The translations under genes and the position numbers were made by a program. A stretch of DNA of 58,354 nt, taken from assembly GCA_050246815.1 (NCBI GenBank), contig JBFWVI010000018.1, positions 1 to 58,354 on the forward strand, in the 5' to 3' direction. Below are positions 39,801 through 48,307 of the stretch, piece by piece (within the stretch, counting starts at the first letter, position 1; every line of letters starts with the position of its first letter). Under the pieces are notes generated by a model, which ran no database searches, was not told the DNA's origin, and saw nothing but the letters and a program-made list of their open reading frames with translations. This stretch comes from Bdellovibrionales bacterium. GTDB taxonomy: Bacteria; Bdellovibrionota; Bdellovibrionia; Bdellovibrionales; UBA1609.

Positions 39801-40460
39801 CACTCGGGCGCCGGCGGATTGATAGACGTGTTGCACCAGTGCGCCTTGGGCGGTGTCACCATCACCAAAGACCCAATCATAGCTGACAATGCCCGAGTCA
39901 TCGCTGCTGGCGCCGCCATTCAATGACACAGTTAAAGGCGCAAATCCCGAAGTGGGACTGGCACTGACGCGGGCCACGGGGGCCTGGTTGACCGCTTGCT
40001 GGCCATAAATCGCCAACGTCAAACGCGAACCTTTTAACCCTCGAAGCTCCAACCTTATCGAATTGCTTTGAGGCAATGCGACCACTTTGCTGATTTTGTC
40101 TTTTAAAAGATTCAAGTCGCCCGGCCCAAGCACCAGTTGGTTGTTGAAAAGAATTTTTCCATAGGCGATACGGCTGGCCACGGCTTCGACCAGAAGGGCT
40201 GCGTTTTTAAGTTCGCACAACAAACGGCTCAGCCATCCGCCAAAGCACGACAGCGGCACATAGGCCTTGCCATTTTGGATCTCGATTCGGTACGACCCGG
40301 CCGCCGACAGATTCACCTGCGCGGTATGGATTTGCACCTTGGGCTGACCGCTATAAAGGTTGGGGCCAAACACAGGCTCCGCTGCATGGGCCATGGCGGC
40401 CGTCAGAGTCAGCAAAAAGAAGAGCGCGCTTCTGTAGAATTTTAATGAGGGCTTGGCCAT
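33879..40460 (-). CDS. Giant teneurin-like Rhs/YD-repeat toxin: signal peptide, 2 PKD domains, NHL repeats, YD shell, Rhs core, glycine-zipper tip
   Basis: GGAGG RBS and ATG 40460, AHA signal site, WVFGDG/WDFGDG PKD motifs, NHL repeats, YD repeats, PFGFAGGLYD...ARDYDP..GRW...NDPINFIDPTG. Confidence 0.93.
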   Translation of the reverse strand: MAKPSLKFYRSALFFLLTLTAAMAHAAEPVFGPNLYSGQPKVQIHTAQVNLSAAGSYRIEIQNGKAYVPLSCFGGWLSRLLCELKNAALLVEAVASRIAYGKILFNNQLVLGPGDLNLLKDKISKVVALPQSNSIRLELRGLKGSRLTLAIYGQQAVNQAPVARVSASPTSGFAPLTVSLNGGASSDDSGIVSYDWVFGDGDTAQGALVQHVYQSAGARVATLTVTDNMGLSDSASVTIGVQANTAPTASFSLTPSSGTAPLMVLLDGGESNDAEGAIASYVWDFGDGQSGVGVQTTHVFQNAGNFTVRLTVADSQGLSGTTTKSLAVTAVGLPPDPATVAPMLSPTVATSYADANRFLFTGANPIQTGVVSGSLEDRRMAVLRGRVLRGSGQPLAGVQVRVKSHPEWGQTLSRADGAYDLAVNGGGPLSLNFSLDGYFALDRSVQPDYQNYSSLPDVVLLQPSQQSALIQVNSASAQVMVGEESVDAFGARQPRMYFAPNTTADAVLPGGTRIPLAQMTVRATEFTVGDGGSSRMPAPLPTTTAYTYAVELSVDEAMALGAKTVEFSAPVSFYLDNFLNFPIGVAIPVGTYDSDVGQWLPEANGQVIQILSENNSQAVLDLNGSGQPATATELDALGITTAELIQLANLYQAPKAIWRMRNARFSPKDLNCAASSLPGEPPARGPLNFSERNKAPNYQCGGSRIDRDSLILSESLPVVGAPFDLVYNSDRSPGWRNRHAIDVNLGINLNTTGMREIVLKSEVAGRVFTQSFAPQSTLNARFEWDGLDAYGRAVLNPVQARFTIDYLFDANYLLALPSNDPLFGSLAGFNPSSVPAREAGRISRSYLQVLGNSSAYLNQGVAGWNLSIHHSYDPVSKNLYAGDGGHRLFSELGLVVKSLNRSRANGSTGDGGPVREATFMRPTYLTVGPDGAVYVSDINAGRIRKIDNQGIVTTVVQNIGQPGKPSVGPDGSLYFADTANHVIHRLSPLGVLSTIAGTGAAGFGGDRGPAAAALLNFPRGVFMTTEGRLLIADSGNHRIRQIDVNGIMTTIAGTGVAGNGGNGGPALNAQLSAPYAVAMLPGTDIFISDAGGHSIKRLDSGGVLTRAVGTGVAGALRENGSAATTLLDTPTGLSFGPDGNMVIADRGNRRIRLVTSEGLIRTISGNGQFNLDGYALQLSMGETSDVAYAPDGAIYVADGQSRVVYRISPMAALEEANRIYLASEDGQELYEFDQNGRHLNTLFARTGAVKHGFEYDVGGFLIQVRDAFGAATVITRDSLGRPSRITAPDGQETNLGVNGNGQLTALTSPQNQRYEMQYHASGLLAEFKKPKGNASRFYYNAKGELTRDENDFGGFFEYLKTFDTINLLSTVQETTAEGRVFASNVTEPLVGSGQQLISRVHPDGFIEEHTIGSDGTRIASVGSGLRTTSVPTEDPRFGLSAAFNQNQSLQIQTGFVRFSTQTRQVTYPQPLSLFNYVQADSLTLESQVSNVPRTYHQTYDSSVRTETLQTPLNRVLSVVYSPQQQPVQIQFGGLTPVSMDYDPRGRLINQQQGARFSSFTYNAQGFLRSITNSLNQVTSFNYDLSGRVVEQILDDGRVIGFNYDNNGNLTGVTPPGRPVHGFNYNVADEPSEYLPPLLGGGITVSTVYNYNLDRQVTRAIRPDGKVLDYAYAQGALLTGVLASTGESLSFSYNQKRIETANASADNVNLFVSLNPYAIPWGYTWSGDVVGNIRIDFNRELHHGRYTLNNDDNHAMDLGYSLDEELIRVDQLNLTRNTANGLITGSALGSVSDTYGHNSFGEIISYSAPSLNITYTRDNLGRLSRKVESFMGGASNTFDYTYDRTGRLTQVMRNGAVVGSYAYDANSNRTSINGMAATYDSQDRIVSFGAITYGFNTNGEQQSKVNTLTGQVTSNSFDAFGNLKSVTLPSGTVILYKYDGLNRRVARVVNGVMERSWLYIDQLRPLAELDGSGNIISMFGYASKGNAPDMMIRSGIRYRIITDHLGSPRLVINATTGAIAQAMDYDEWGNVTMDTSPGFQPFGFAGGLYDPGTKLLRLGARDYDPEIGRWISKDPILFGGGDTNLYGYVLNDPINFIDPTGLFLTGDQIAGIVGGAIGGGAYGAYYGTYINPGFGTGAGAIAGVLIGGTIGGVLGPHVGGFIPPAYGSEPPLSRPQSLPPYFQSPRIEQPPMCR

Positions 40461-40808
40461 GAAAAATCCTCCGCTTACATACAAAAATGGGCCGCACAGT
40501 AAAAATATGGACTTGGGGATTTATCGGGTTCGAAGACGGCGCTCTTAACTAAAAACAAATTTATTTATTTTTGTTTAGTCGTGAATCCAAATGAGTCATG
40601 CCAACAAAATTAAACTAACTTTGTTGCGCCAAAGTTGCGCCCGATCAGGGCGCGCCCTGATCCGCACAGTCCGGTAAGGGGGGTGGCTTTAAGCCGGTCA
40701 CCATGGGTACCGCGCGCGCCCAGGGTTTTGGGGCACTTCCAGACGAATATTCGCTGTCAATCCGCCATCTTGATTGACCCTGGTCGGCGCCCTCGCTAAA
40801 CTGCCCCC

Positions 40809-41549
40809 ATGACTTTGCGCACTGCATTGCTGGCCAGTTTCATTGCTCTTCTTGCCGGTTGCTCGTCGGCCCCCAAAGGCGATCCCAGCACCGCCGAAGG
40901 CTCGTTCGCCTTGGCCGAAAAGTACGAAAAAGACGAGCGCTATGAAGAGGCCTTGGCGCAGTTCACCTCGGTGCGCAACAAACATCCCTACAGCAGCCTG
41001 GCCACAGAAGCCGAGCTGCGTGTCGCTGAAATTCATTTTAAGCGCGAAGACTACCCCGAGGCCCAAGGCGCTTATGAGTCGTTTAAAGAGCTTCACCCCT
41101 CTTATGCCCGCATCGATTACATCACTTTTCGTTTGGGCTTGAGCATTTTCAAGCAACTGCCCTCGACCATTGATCGCGATCTCGCCTTAGCCAACAAGGG
41201 TCTGCTCTATTTTGAAGAGGTCATCACCAGCTTTCCCAAGAGCGAATACGTCGCCGGGGCCCAAGAGCACAAAGGCAAAATTCTTGAAATGCTGGCCGAA
41301 AAAGAACTCTATATCGCCGACTTTTATTTTAAACGCGAAAAATACGACAGCGCCCTGGGACGCTATGAAGATCTGTTGGACCATTATCCCAACTCCCGCT
41401 TTGCCCCACGTGCTTTAATGGGGGGCGCCATCGCCGCGGCACGGGCCAAGGACGAAAGCAAAAGTCGCATTTTATTGAGTGAGCTTGAACGGCGCTTTGC
41501 CGGCAGCAAAGAATTACGCGAAACCAAGGAGGCGCTTCGTGCAGACTGA
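40809..41549 (+). CDS. bamD: Outer membrane protein assembly lipoprotein BamD
   Basis: Lipobox LAGC, TPR repeats, DRD..A, LAEKELYIADFY.KR motif. Confidence 0.87.
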   Translation: MTLRTALLASFIALLAGCSSAPKGDPSTAEGSFALAEKYEKDERYEEALAQFTSVRNKHPYSSLATEAELRVAEIHFKREDYPEAQGAYESFKELHPSYARIDYITFRLGLSIFKQLPSTIDRDLALANKGLLYFEEVITSFPKSEYVAGAQEHKGKILEMLAEKELYIADFYFKREKYDSALGRYEDLLDHYPNSRFAPRALMGGAIAAARAKDESKSRILLSELERRFAGSKELRETKEALRAD

Positions 41550-42279
41550 AAATGGTGGCGACGAGTTATTAAGCTCCGCCAAAGAATTTTTTCGCGCGGG
41601 CCGCTACTCCTCGGCCGAACCGCTTTTGAACCAGCTGATCCTAAAGGGCGCCAAAGATCGCGAAATCTTTCACATGCTGGGCACGATCTATTACGACCAG
41701 GGCAAGTTCAACAAAGCCATTCGCTCTTTCAAACGAGCACTTGAAATTGACCCCAGCTTCACCGATGCCAGCGTGGGTTTAAGTATTATCTTGAACGATC
41801 TGGGCCGCTATGAAGAGGGCAAAAAGATTTTCGAAGAGGCCAAAAACCTTTTGGCCAAAGGCGGCGCCAAGGATGACCCCTTTATCAACGAAAAGTTGGC
41901 TTTAAAACATGACGAGCTGGGCGAGCTCTATTTTCGCTACCAGCGCTACATGGAAGCCTTAGAGCAGTACTACAAAGCTTTAAGCCTTTCGAATCGCAAG
42001 CCCGAGCTGACCATGAAAGTGGTCGACACCTTGGCGCGCTTAGGCGAAGCCCACAAAGCCTTGAAAGAGCTGCGCGCCCTGATCAATGGCTACCCCTCGT
42101 TCTTGACCGCTCGCTTGAAATTAGGTGTATTGCTTTACGAATCCGGCAGTGTGGCCGAAGCCGTGGAGGAGTGGGAGCGGGTGTTGGCCCGTGAACCCAA
42201 TCACAGCGAGGCCAAACGTTTGTTGAACCTGGCCCAAGCCAGCCAGCAAACGCGAATGAACAACGATCTCACTTTGTAA
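41539..42279 (+). CDS. TPR-repeat protein
   Basis: Multiple TPRs; GTG start after AGGAGG. Confidence 0.8.
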   Translation: MQTENGGDELLSSAKEFFRAGRYSSAEPLLNQLILKGAKDREIFHMLGTIYYDQGKFNKAIRSFKRALEIDPSFTDASVGLSIILNDLGRYEEGKKIFEEAKNLLAKGGAKDDPFINEKLALKHDELGELYFRYQRYMEALEQYYKALSLSNRKPELTMKVVDTLARLGEAHKALKELRALINGYPSFLTARLKLGVLLYESGSVAEAVEEWERVLAREPNHSEAKRLLNLAQASQQTRMNNDLTL

Positions 42280-42287
42280 ACAGGAGT

Positions 42288-42809
42288 ATGGCGATGTCTT
42301 TAATGCGCACCGGAATGATTCCCCTGATCAGCGAAGCTGAAATCCAAGAAATGGTGCAAGACTTGGCCAAAGAAATCGAGCGCGACTACGACGGCCGTGA
42401 ACTGGTGATGGTTTGCCCGCTGAAAGGTTCGATTTCGTTTTTCGCCGATTTGGTTCGCCGTATTCAACTGCCGCAACAAATCGAATTCGTGCAGGTGACC
42501 TCGCCCAAGGGCGAAGGCTGCCGCATCATCAAAGACATCTCAAGCGACATCAAAGGCAAACATGTGTTGATCGTTGAAGAGATCATCGATGCGGGGCGGA
42601 CTTTAAGCTTTCTAAAAACCCGCTTGCTGGCTTCGGAGCCGGCCTCGTGCAAAATCGTGGCCCTGCTGGACAAACCCGCACGCCGTGAATTGCCGATTCG
42701 ACCCGATTACGTCGGCACCACCATCGATGACCGCTTTGTCATCGGCTATGGCATGGACTCCGACGAAGTCGGCCGCAACTACAAAGACATTTACAACTAC
42801 GCGCAATAG
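42288..42809 (+). CDS. hpt: Hypoxanthine phosphoribosyltransferase
   Basis: LKGS..F.ADL, VLIVEEIIDAGRTL, LLDKP.RR and FVIGYGMD motifs. Confidence 0.88.
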   Translation: MAMSLMRTGMIPLISEAEIQEMVQDLAKEIERDYDGRELVMVCPLKGSISFFADLVRRIQLPQQIEFVQVTSPKGEGCRIIKDISSDIKGKHVLIVEEIIDAGRTLSFLKTRLLASEPASCKIVALLDKPARRELPIRPDYVGTTIDDRFVIGYGMDSDEVGRNYKDIYNYAQ

Positions 42810-42810
42810 T

Positions 42811-44268
42811 TTAATCGCGTAAATACCACGGACGCCCGCTGGCCGTGGGAAACGGCCACGGGCCGCGATCCAAGGCCCGATCACAGGCCGCCCCTTGTGC
42901 GGCGAGACTCAGCTGCATTAACTTTTGCGCGATGAACGCGCCATTTTCAGGGCTGAGGGTTTCAAAGTGGTTGGCCCCTGCAAAAACTTCGATGGCGTGT
43001 TGTGGGCCGCCCAAAACTGTTTCAAATTCCCGACGTGATTGTTCGGCATCAAGAAAGTTGTCGTTGCCACCCAAAAGCACCAAAGTGGGCACAGTGGCCA
43101 AACCTTTTTTAATTTGTGGCGCATCGGCGAACTCGAATGAATAGCGACGGCCCGCGACTCGCAGTTGCAGCTCGGTGTCGGCGCCAAACTGATCGATAAA
43201 CCACTTGCTGCGCTGAAGTGATTTAATCGCGCGCCGTTCAAGCAACATCCAATCGCGCTCTTCAGCGCTCAGCCAATTGTTAATCTCCGCGAACTCCAAT
43301 TCGGTATGGCCGTCAAACCAAACGGCCGAAAGCGCCGCCATCATGCGATCCATGGCAAACCGCACGAACCGGTGATTCACCAACTTTTGACCAAATTCTT
43401 GATCGCTCAACCCAGGCTCGGCTAAGGTTTTAAGCTCTTGCGCCAGGGCCTTTTCATTGATGTCGTCGTAGCGCACATCCAAAAGACCTTCAGGAATTTT
43501 TTCGCTCTCGTCGTTGATTTGACTGTTGATTTGGCGGATGCGTGCGCGGATGGTGCGCACATCGGCCTTCATCTGATTTGTCATGTATTTCTTATTGAGC
43601 TCGATTTGTTTTTTAAATCTTTGCTGTAAAAAAAATCGCGTCTGGGTAAAGGGAATGCTCGAGGCATACACCACCGCCTGCGGACGGGGCCCTGCTGCGG
43701 CGTCGGCCATGTATTGCGACAAAACGGCGCCCCCCGCACTGTGGGCCAGCAACACAACTTCGTTGTCTTTGCGACCGAATTGCTGGATCAAGTGACCCAA
43801 ATCGCGAGTGATTTGCCGGATCGAAAAATAGCGTGCCACCACTTCTGGAGTCAGCGCCGGATTCGCGCGGTCAAGGGGTGATGACTCGCCGTTGCCCCGT
43901 TGGTCCATGATCACCACGCGGTAGTGATCCAAAAGCCCCCCGCCACATAAAGTTTCCGTCGCCATGTAACCACGAATTGACGCCATGCCCGGTCCGCCCC
44001 CGATTAAAAACAAGTACGGACGTTCGACGTGCTGATAGCCGATAATGCGATATTTGATTTCAATGCGCCTGACATCCCGTGGGTCATGCCAATCCAGCGG
44101 AACGTGAAGGCGCCCTTCATGTAAATCGGTCTGCGGCGCATTTTGAAAAGGGACACCGGGGCAAGAAATCGCCAACTGGGATTGGGTTGTTGGCAGCGAT
44201 TGAGGTTCGGCCCAAGCCACCGAAACGCTGAAAAAAAATATTAAACCATTGGCCAAAACCAGTCGCAT
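42811..44268 (-). CDS. Secreted alpha/beta hydrolase (prolyl aminopeptidase-like)
   Basis: Signal peptide, GGPG, DQRG.G.S.P and AHSAGG nucleophile elbow. Confidence 0.8.
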   Translation of the reverse strand: MRLVLANGLIFFFSVSVAWAEPQSLPTTQSQLAISCPGVPFQNAPQTDLHEGRLHVPLDWHDPRDVRRIEIKYRIIGYQHVERPYLFLIGGGPGMASIRGYMATETLCGGGLLDHYRVVIMDQRGNGESSPLDRANPALTPEVVARYFSIRQITRDLGHLIQQFGRKDNEVVLLAHSAGGAVLSQYMADAAAGPRPQAVVYASSIPFTQTRFFLQQRFKKQIELNKKYMTNQMKADVRTIRARIRQINSQINDESEKIPEGLLDVRYDDINEKALAQELKTLAEPGLSDQEFGQKLVNHRFVRFAMDRMMAALSAVWFDGHTELEFAEINNWLSAEERDWMLLERRAIKSLQRSKWFIDQFGADTELQLRVAGRRYSFEFADAPQIKKGLATVPTLVLLGGNDNFLDAEQSRREFETVLGGPQHAIEVFAGANHFETLSPENGAFIAQKLMQLSLAAQGAACDRALDRGPWPFPTASGRPWYLRD

Positions 44269-44364
44269 AGCAGCCCCTTTTGTTCAGGGATAGGAGTGAC
44301 ATTTGCAGCGCTCGCTCGCAACTGTAAAGAATTCTATAGCGCCCGAGCTGCCGTGAAAGATTGG

Positions 44365-45138
44365 CTAAAACATCCAACCCAAGCTGACCTTCAGGACTGT
44401 CCAGCGTGGAAAATAGGAAATCAGCTTGATCGCCGTTTCAACGTCGTCGCGGTCCCCTGAATCTGTGGCATAATCCAGATAGGTGCCTTTTTTATCGGTC
44501 ACAAAAAGCGGTTGCGACCACTGAAACCAATCGATCCCGACACTGATGTCATGGTTGAACACCCAGCGATTGCCCAAACCAAAATTTACGCCCAACGAGT
44601 TGATCTCGATGATGTCATAGCTTGGATACGAACCTGTGATTTTGTTCAACAGCTCATCGCCCAAATGCAATTTGAACGAAAAATAGGTCAGGCCGTAGCT
44701 AAAATAAAAACTGTTTCGCCCGCCATAGTTATAGCGGGTCAGCGCGATTCGTCGGTCTGTCAGTTTGCCTAAATCTTCCACGATAAACGGAACTGCGATA
44801 CTGCCACTGATGTATTCAAGCTCCCACGTGTGATCCACATCCGAAACGTGGCCCAGCGAAGCGCCGATTTTCGAAGGAATTAAAAGATCCAAAGAGGAGT
44901 ACGCCAGATACGCGAAATATTTATTTTCGGCTCGACGCGTGCGCGCCTCGTTCAATTTGTCGGTGACCACTTGTGCGGCGTGATTCACTTTGTCGCGCGA
45001 AGCCTCGACAGCGTTTTCTAATTTAGATTTTTTCTCTTCAGTGGGCGCGGGATTTTGCGTTTCTGAAGCCTGGGCTGCAAACGAAAGTGCGTAACAAAAC
45101 AATAAGCAGCCCAAGACACGCATAGACAACGTCTCCAT
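44365..45138 (-). CDS. Secreted protein, probably an outer-membrane beta-barrel
   Basis: Signal peptide, amphipathic strands, C-terminal Phe. Confidence 0.6.
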   Translation of the reverse strand: METLSMRVLGCLLFCYALSFAAQASETQNPAPTEEKKSKLENAVEASRDKVNHAAQVVTDKLNEARTRRAENKYFAYLAYSSLDLLIPSKIGASLGHVSDVDHTWELEYISGSIAVPFIVEDLGKLTDRRIALTRYNYGGRNSFYFSYGLTYFSFKLHLGDELLNKITGSYPSYDIIEINSLGVNFGLGNRWVFNHDISVGIDWFQWSQPLFVTDKKGTYLDYATDSGDRDDVETAIKLISYFPRWTVLKVSLGWMF

Positions 45139-45343
45139 GTCATAAAGAAGACACGATTTTAAGTGGTTTTAATGCTTAGTTCACCAGAACGTTTACGACG
45201 AAAAAAATCACAACCGACGTAACGAACAGCATCACTACATTTGCCGACAACAACAACTGAGCCCCCAACAATGCCTGACCAACATCCTTATTCGATCAGG
45301 ACGCGCCGCATTTGTCAACGGGTTGCCGTGTGTTTTCAAAAGC

Positions 45344-46741
45344 TTACTGCACTTGGCCTAAATTGACGATCCGACCAACCAAATCATAGTCATGGGCGTC
45401 GGTGATTTCGACTTGCACCAAATCACCGATTGCTGCAGTGCCTTCATTGATGTAAGTCACCCCGTCAATTTCGGGTGCTTGTTGAGAATTGCGCCCGACC
45501 AGCAGCAATTCAGTTTCTTCGCTGTAACCTTCCACTAGCACGGGAACCACTTTGCCAATCATCGCCCGATGTTTTTCGCGGCTGATTTCCATTTGGACAG
45601 CCATCAGCTGATCATGGCGACGTTGTTTGGTTTCCTCATCGATTTGGTTGGGCAAGGTGCCGGCCTTGGTGTTCTCTTCGACCGAGTACTGAAAGCAGCC
45701 AACCCGGTCAAAGCGTTGAGCCTTAACGAATTCAAGCAATTCTTGAAACTGGTCTTCGGTCTCGCCCGGATAACCCACGATAAACTGGGTGCGGATCACC
45801 GCATCGGGAATATTTTCACGGATTCGGGCCAAAGCGGTCTCGATTTCGGCGCGAGTCATATGCCGGTTCATGCTTTTGAGCATCTGGTTGTTGATGTGCT
45901 GCAGGGGCATGTCGAAGTATTTCACCAGATTCTGACGCTCTTTCATCAGCTGGATCAGCTCGGCCGTGGCACCATCCGGGTAGAGATAAAGCACGCGGAT
46001 CCAAACCGCGTTGGACTCATCCGACAGGGCTTTTAACAGCTCCACCGGTGATTCTAAAGAGGCCGGATCTTTTTTGCGCAGGTCCCAACCAAAATCGGTG
46101 AAGTCGTGGGAAATCACGATCAGCTCTTTCACCCCCCCGGCGGTCAAAAGCTTGGCCTCAGCCGTGATGGATTTGAGCCGACGCGATTGCAAATTGCCGC
46201 GGATCAGAGGAATGGCGCAAAAAGCGCACCGCTTTTTACAACCTTCCGAGATTTTCAAGTAGGCCCGGTGTTTTGGCTGTGAGTTCACCCGGGGAGTTTC
46301 GTCTTCTTGCAGATAAGTCGGCAGGTGAAAGAATTTTTTTTCGGTGTTGCCGGCCTTCGAATCACGCAAGATCTGTGGCAGGCTTTGGAACTGGCCCGAA
46401 CCGATAAACAGATCCGCTTCGGGCATGTTTTCGACCAAATCGTCTTTGTAGCGCTGGGTCAGGCAACCCGCGACGACCAGTTTTTTAAGCGTGCCGCCCG
46501 CTTTGAGTTCGGACATTTCGAAGATTTTTTCAATGGATTCTTTTTTGGCTTCTTCGATAAAACCGCAAGTGTTCACCACCACGGTGTCGGCCAAAGCCGG
46601 GTCATCAACGACGGTGTAGCCATCTTTGATCAATCCGCCCAACATAATTTCAGTGTCCACCAAATTCTTGGGGCAGCCCAGGCTTACAAAATGGACTTTT
46701 TTACTCTCGGTCTGCGGCTGATTTTGCGCTTCAAGATTCAT
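45344..46741 (-). CDS. rimO: Ribosomal protein S12 methylthiotransferase RimO
   Basis: SLGCPKNLVD, NTCGFI, YLKISEGCKKRCAFC motifs; APEIDG TRAM domain. Confidence 0.95.
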   Translation of the reverse strand: MNLEAQNQPQTESKKVHFVSLGCPKNLVDTEIMLGGLIKDGYTVVDDPALADTVVVNTCGFIEEAKKESIEKIFEMSELKAGGTLKKLVVAGCLTQRYKDDLVENMPEADLFIGSGQFQSLPQILRDSKAGNTEKKFFHLPTYLQEDETPRVNSQPKHRAYLKISEGCKKRCAFCAIPLIRGNLQSRRLKSITAEAKLLTAGGVKELIVISHDFTDFGWDLRKKDPASLESPVELLKALSDESNAVWIRVLYLYPDGATAELIQLMKERQNLVKYFDMPLQHINNQMLKSMNRHMTRAEIETALARIRENIPDAVIRTQFIVGYPGETEDQFQELLEFVKAQRFDRVGCFQYSVEENTKAGTLPNQIDEETKQRRHDQLMAVQMEISREKHRAMIGKVVPVLVEGYSEETELLLVGRNSQQAPEIDGVTYINEGTAAIGDLVQVEITDAHDYDLVGRIVNLGQVQ

Positions 46742-46743
46742 GA

Positions 46744-47463
46744 CTAAAACTCCGTGACTTCCGCGTCTTTGGGCGGTTTGTAAAAGAAAATTTGGTCCGG
46801 ATCGCTGTCAAATCCAGAAAACAAAGACCCGGGCTCGCCCAACGTGAATTCCACTTCGTTTTCTTTGTCGTCGGTGTACAAGACTTTAAGCAGGCGGCCG
46901 GCCTTGGGGTTCAGCCAAAGTTGCAAATCCTGGATCTCGCCATCGCTCAGGCGCGGGGTGAACTTCAAATGCACTTCTTCGCCGTCTGTTTTGCGGGCGC
47001 TGACCTTGAATTCCTTCAATAGTTGCTGATTTTCGAGCAGCGCCGCAATCAAAGTGCTGGATTTTTTTAGTGAGCGCGCGCTGGTTTTGGTCACCATGGT
47101 TTTACCGCCCAAGTCTTCATCTAACTTTGTCGCCAACCACAAGGTCTTGCCATCCAAAATCACCAACGAGTCTTCAGGTGACTTCAGTTCTAGGCGCAGC
47201 TTTCCGCGACGGTAATACAGGCGACCTTCACTTTTCTTTTCGCGGCCCAAAAGCGAGTTGGTGGTGCGTTTTTTAATGGCGACCGAGGTCCCCTCTTTTT
47301 GGCGCATCGGTTTTAAGGCCTGTTCGATTTCTTTTTTCACTGAGTTTGAGTTGATCTTTTTGGTTGCGGCCTTAGCCGACTCACCCGCCAAAACCAAAGG
47401 GCCCGGCACACTTGAAATCAGACCCGACATCATAAGAACGACCAAACGCATGAATTTCCCCAA
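46744..47463 (-). CDS. lolA: LolA-like lipoprotein carrier
   Basis: SEG.L...GKLR.E...P....I.DGKTLW; C-terminal F.YKPP..AEV. Confidence 0.7.
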   Translation of the reverse strand: MGKFMRLVVLMMSGLISSVPGPLVLAGESAKAATKKINSNSVKKEIEQALKPMRQKEGTSVAIKKRTTNSLLGREKKSEGRLYYRRGKLRLELKSPEDSLVILDGKTLWLATKLDEDLGGKTMVTKTSARSLKKSSTLIAALLENQQLLKEFKVSARKTDGEEVHLKFTPRLSDGEIQDLQLWLNPKAGRLLKVLYTDDKENEVEFTLGEPGSLFSGFDSDPDQIFFYKPPKDAEVTEF

Positions 47464-47486
47464 TTAGACGCTGCGTTATACCTGAT

Positions 47487-48194
47487 TTAGGTGCTATTTC
47501 GCAAGGTTATCCGATGCGCAAGGGCCCAAATCGAAAGCGCTTGGGGCCTGCCTAAAGCTTGCCATGCCGCCCTGGCCGTTGCCCCGGTGGTCACAACGTC
47601 ATCGACCACCACCAAACGCCACCCTTGTTTGTGCTTATATTGCAGCCAAGCGGCCAAATCCGGCCGAAGTAGCTCCAATTGAACCTGGCGACGCTCCCTT
47701 TTACCCCTGCTTTTTTGCTGCTGTCGGCTGGATTTTGGATGGCAGAATACCCTTAAAACATGGCCCCCCAACATTTCTTTAAGCGCCTGAGCCCAGCGCC
47801 AAGCATGATCATCCCCATGTTGTTCACGGCCGGGAACAGGTAAAAAAATCGGTCGGCCTTTGATGCAGGGGTGCCGTTGGCTGTGAATAAATCGGTCCGC
47901 GAGCAGTCGCCAGGTGGCCCTGCAACTGCGTCCCTTCAGCGCATGCAGCAAACGCACTTTGGCGCGCGCCTGCCGAGGTGCCCACAAAAATCCAAATTCA
48001 AATTCAACAAAATCAAACTGGGTTTGAAAGGTGTGGCGTTCAAAGGGGGTGGCCTTGCGATCACCTGCCTGTGAAAACCAGTCTTTGCTTTTGTGCTCGC
48101 AGACCGAACAAATCAGAATATTGGGGGCCGTTGGAAATCCGCCACAAATCACACAAGTTTGCGACCGCTTTAGAAAATGCCACTTTTGCCACAT
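47487..48194 (-). CDS. ComF-family phosphoribosyltransferase
   Basis: N-terminal CxxC..CxxC and VVDDVVTTGAT. Confidence 0.8.
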   Translation of the reverse strand: MWQKWHFLKRSQTCVICGGFPTAPNILICSVCEHKSKDWFSQAGDRKATPFERHTFQTQFDFVEFEFGFLWAPRQARAKVRLLHALKGRSCRATWRLLADRFIHSQRHPCIKGRPIFLPVPGREQHGDDHAWRWAQALKEMLGGHVLRVFCHPKSSRQQQKSRGKRERRQVQLELLRPDLAAWLQYKHKQGWRLVVVDDVVTTGATARAAWQALGRPQALSIWALAHRITLRNST

Positions 48195-48307
48195 TTGAGG
48201 CCTCCGTTGAGACGAGGCCTATGCAAAAATCAATCGCGCCGCGATGGCAAAACATCCTGATTTTTAAATGAATCCAGACGAAACCCGGACAGGATATTGT
48301 CCGGGCT

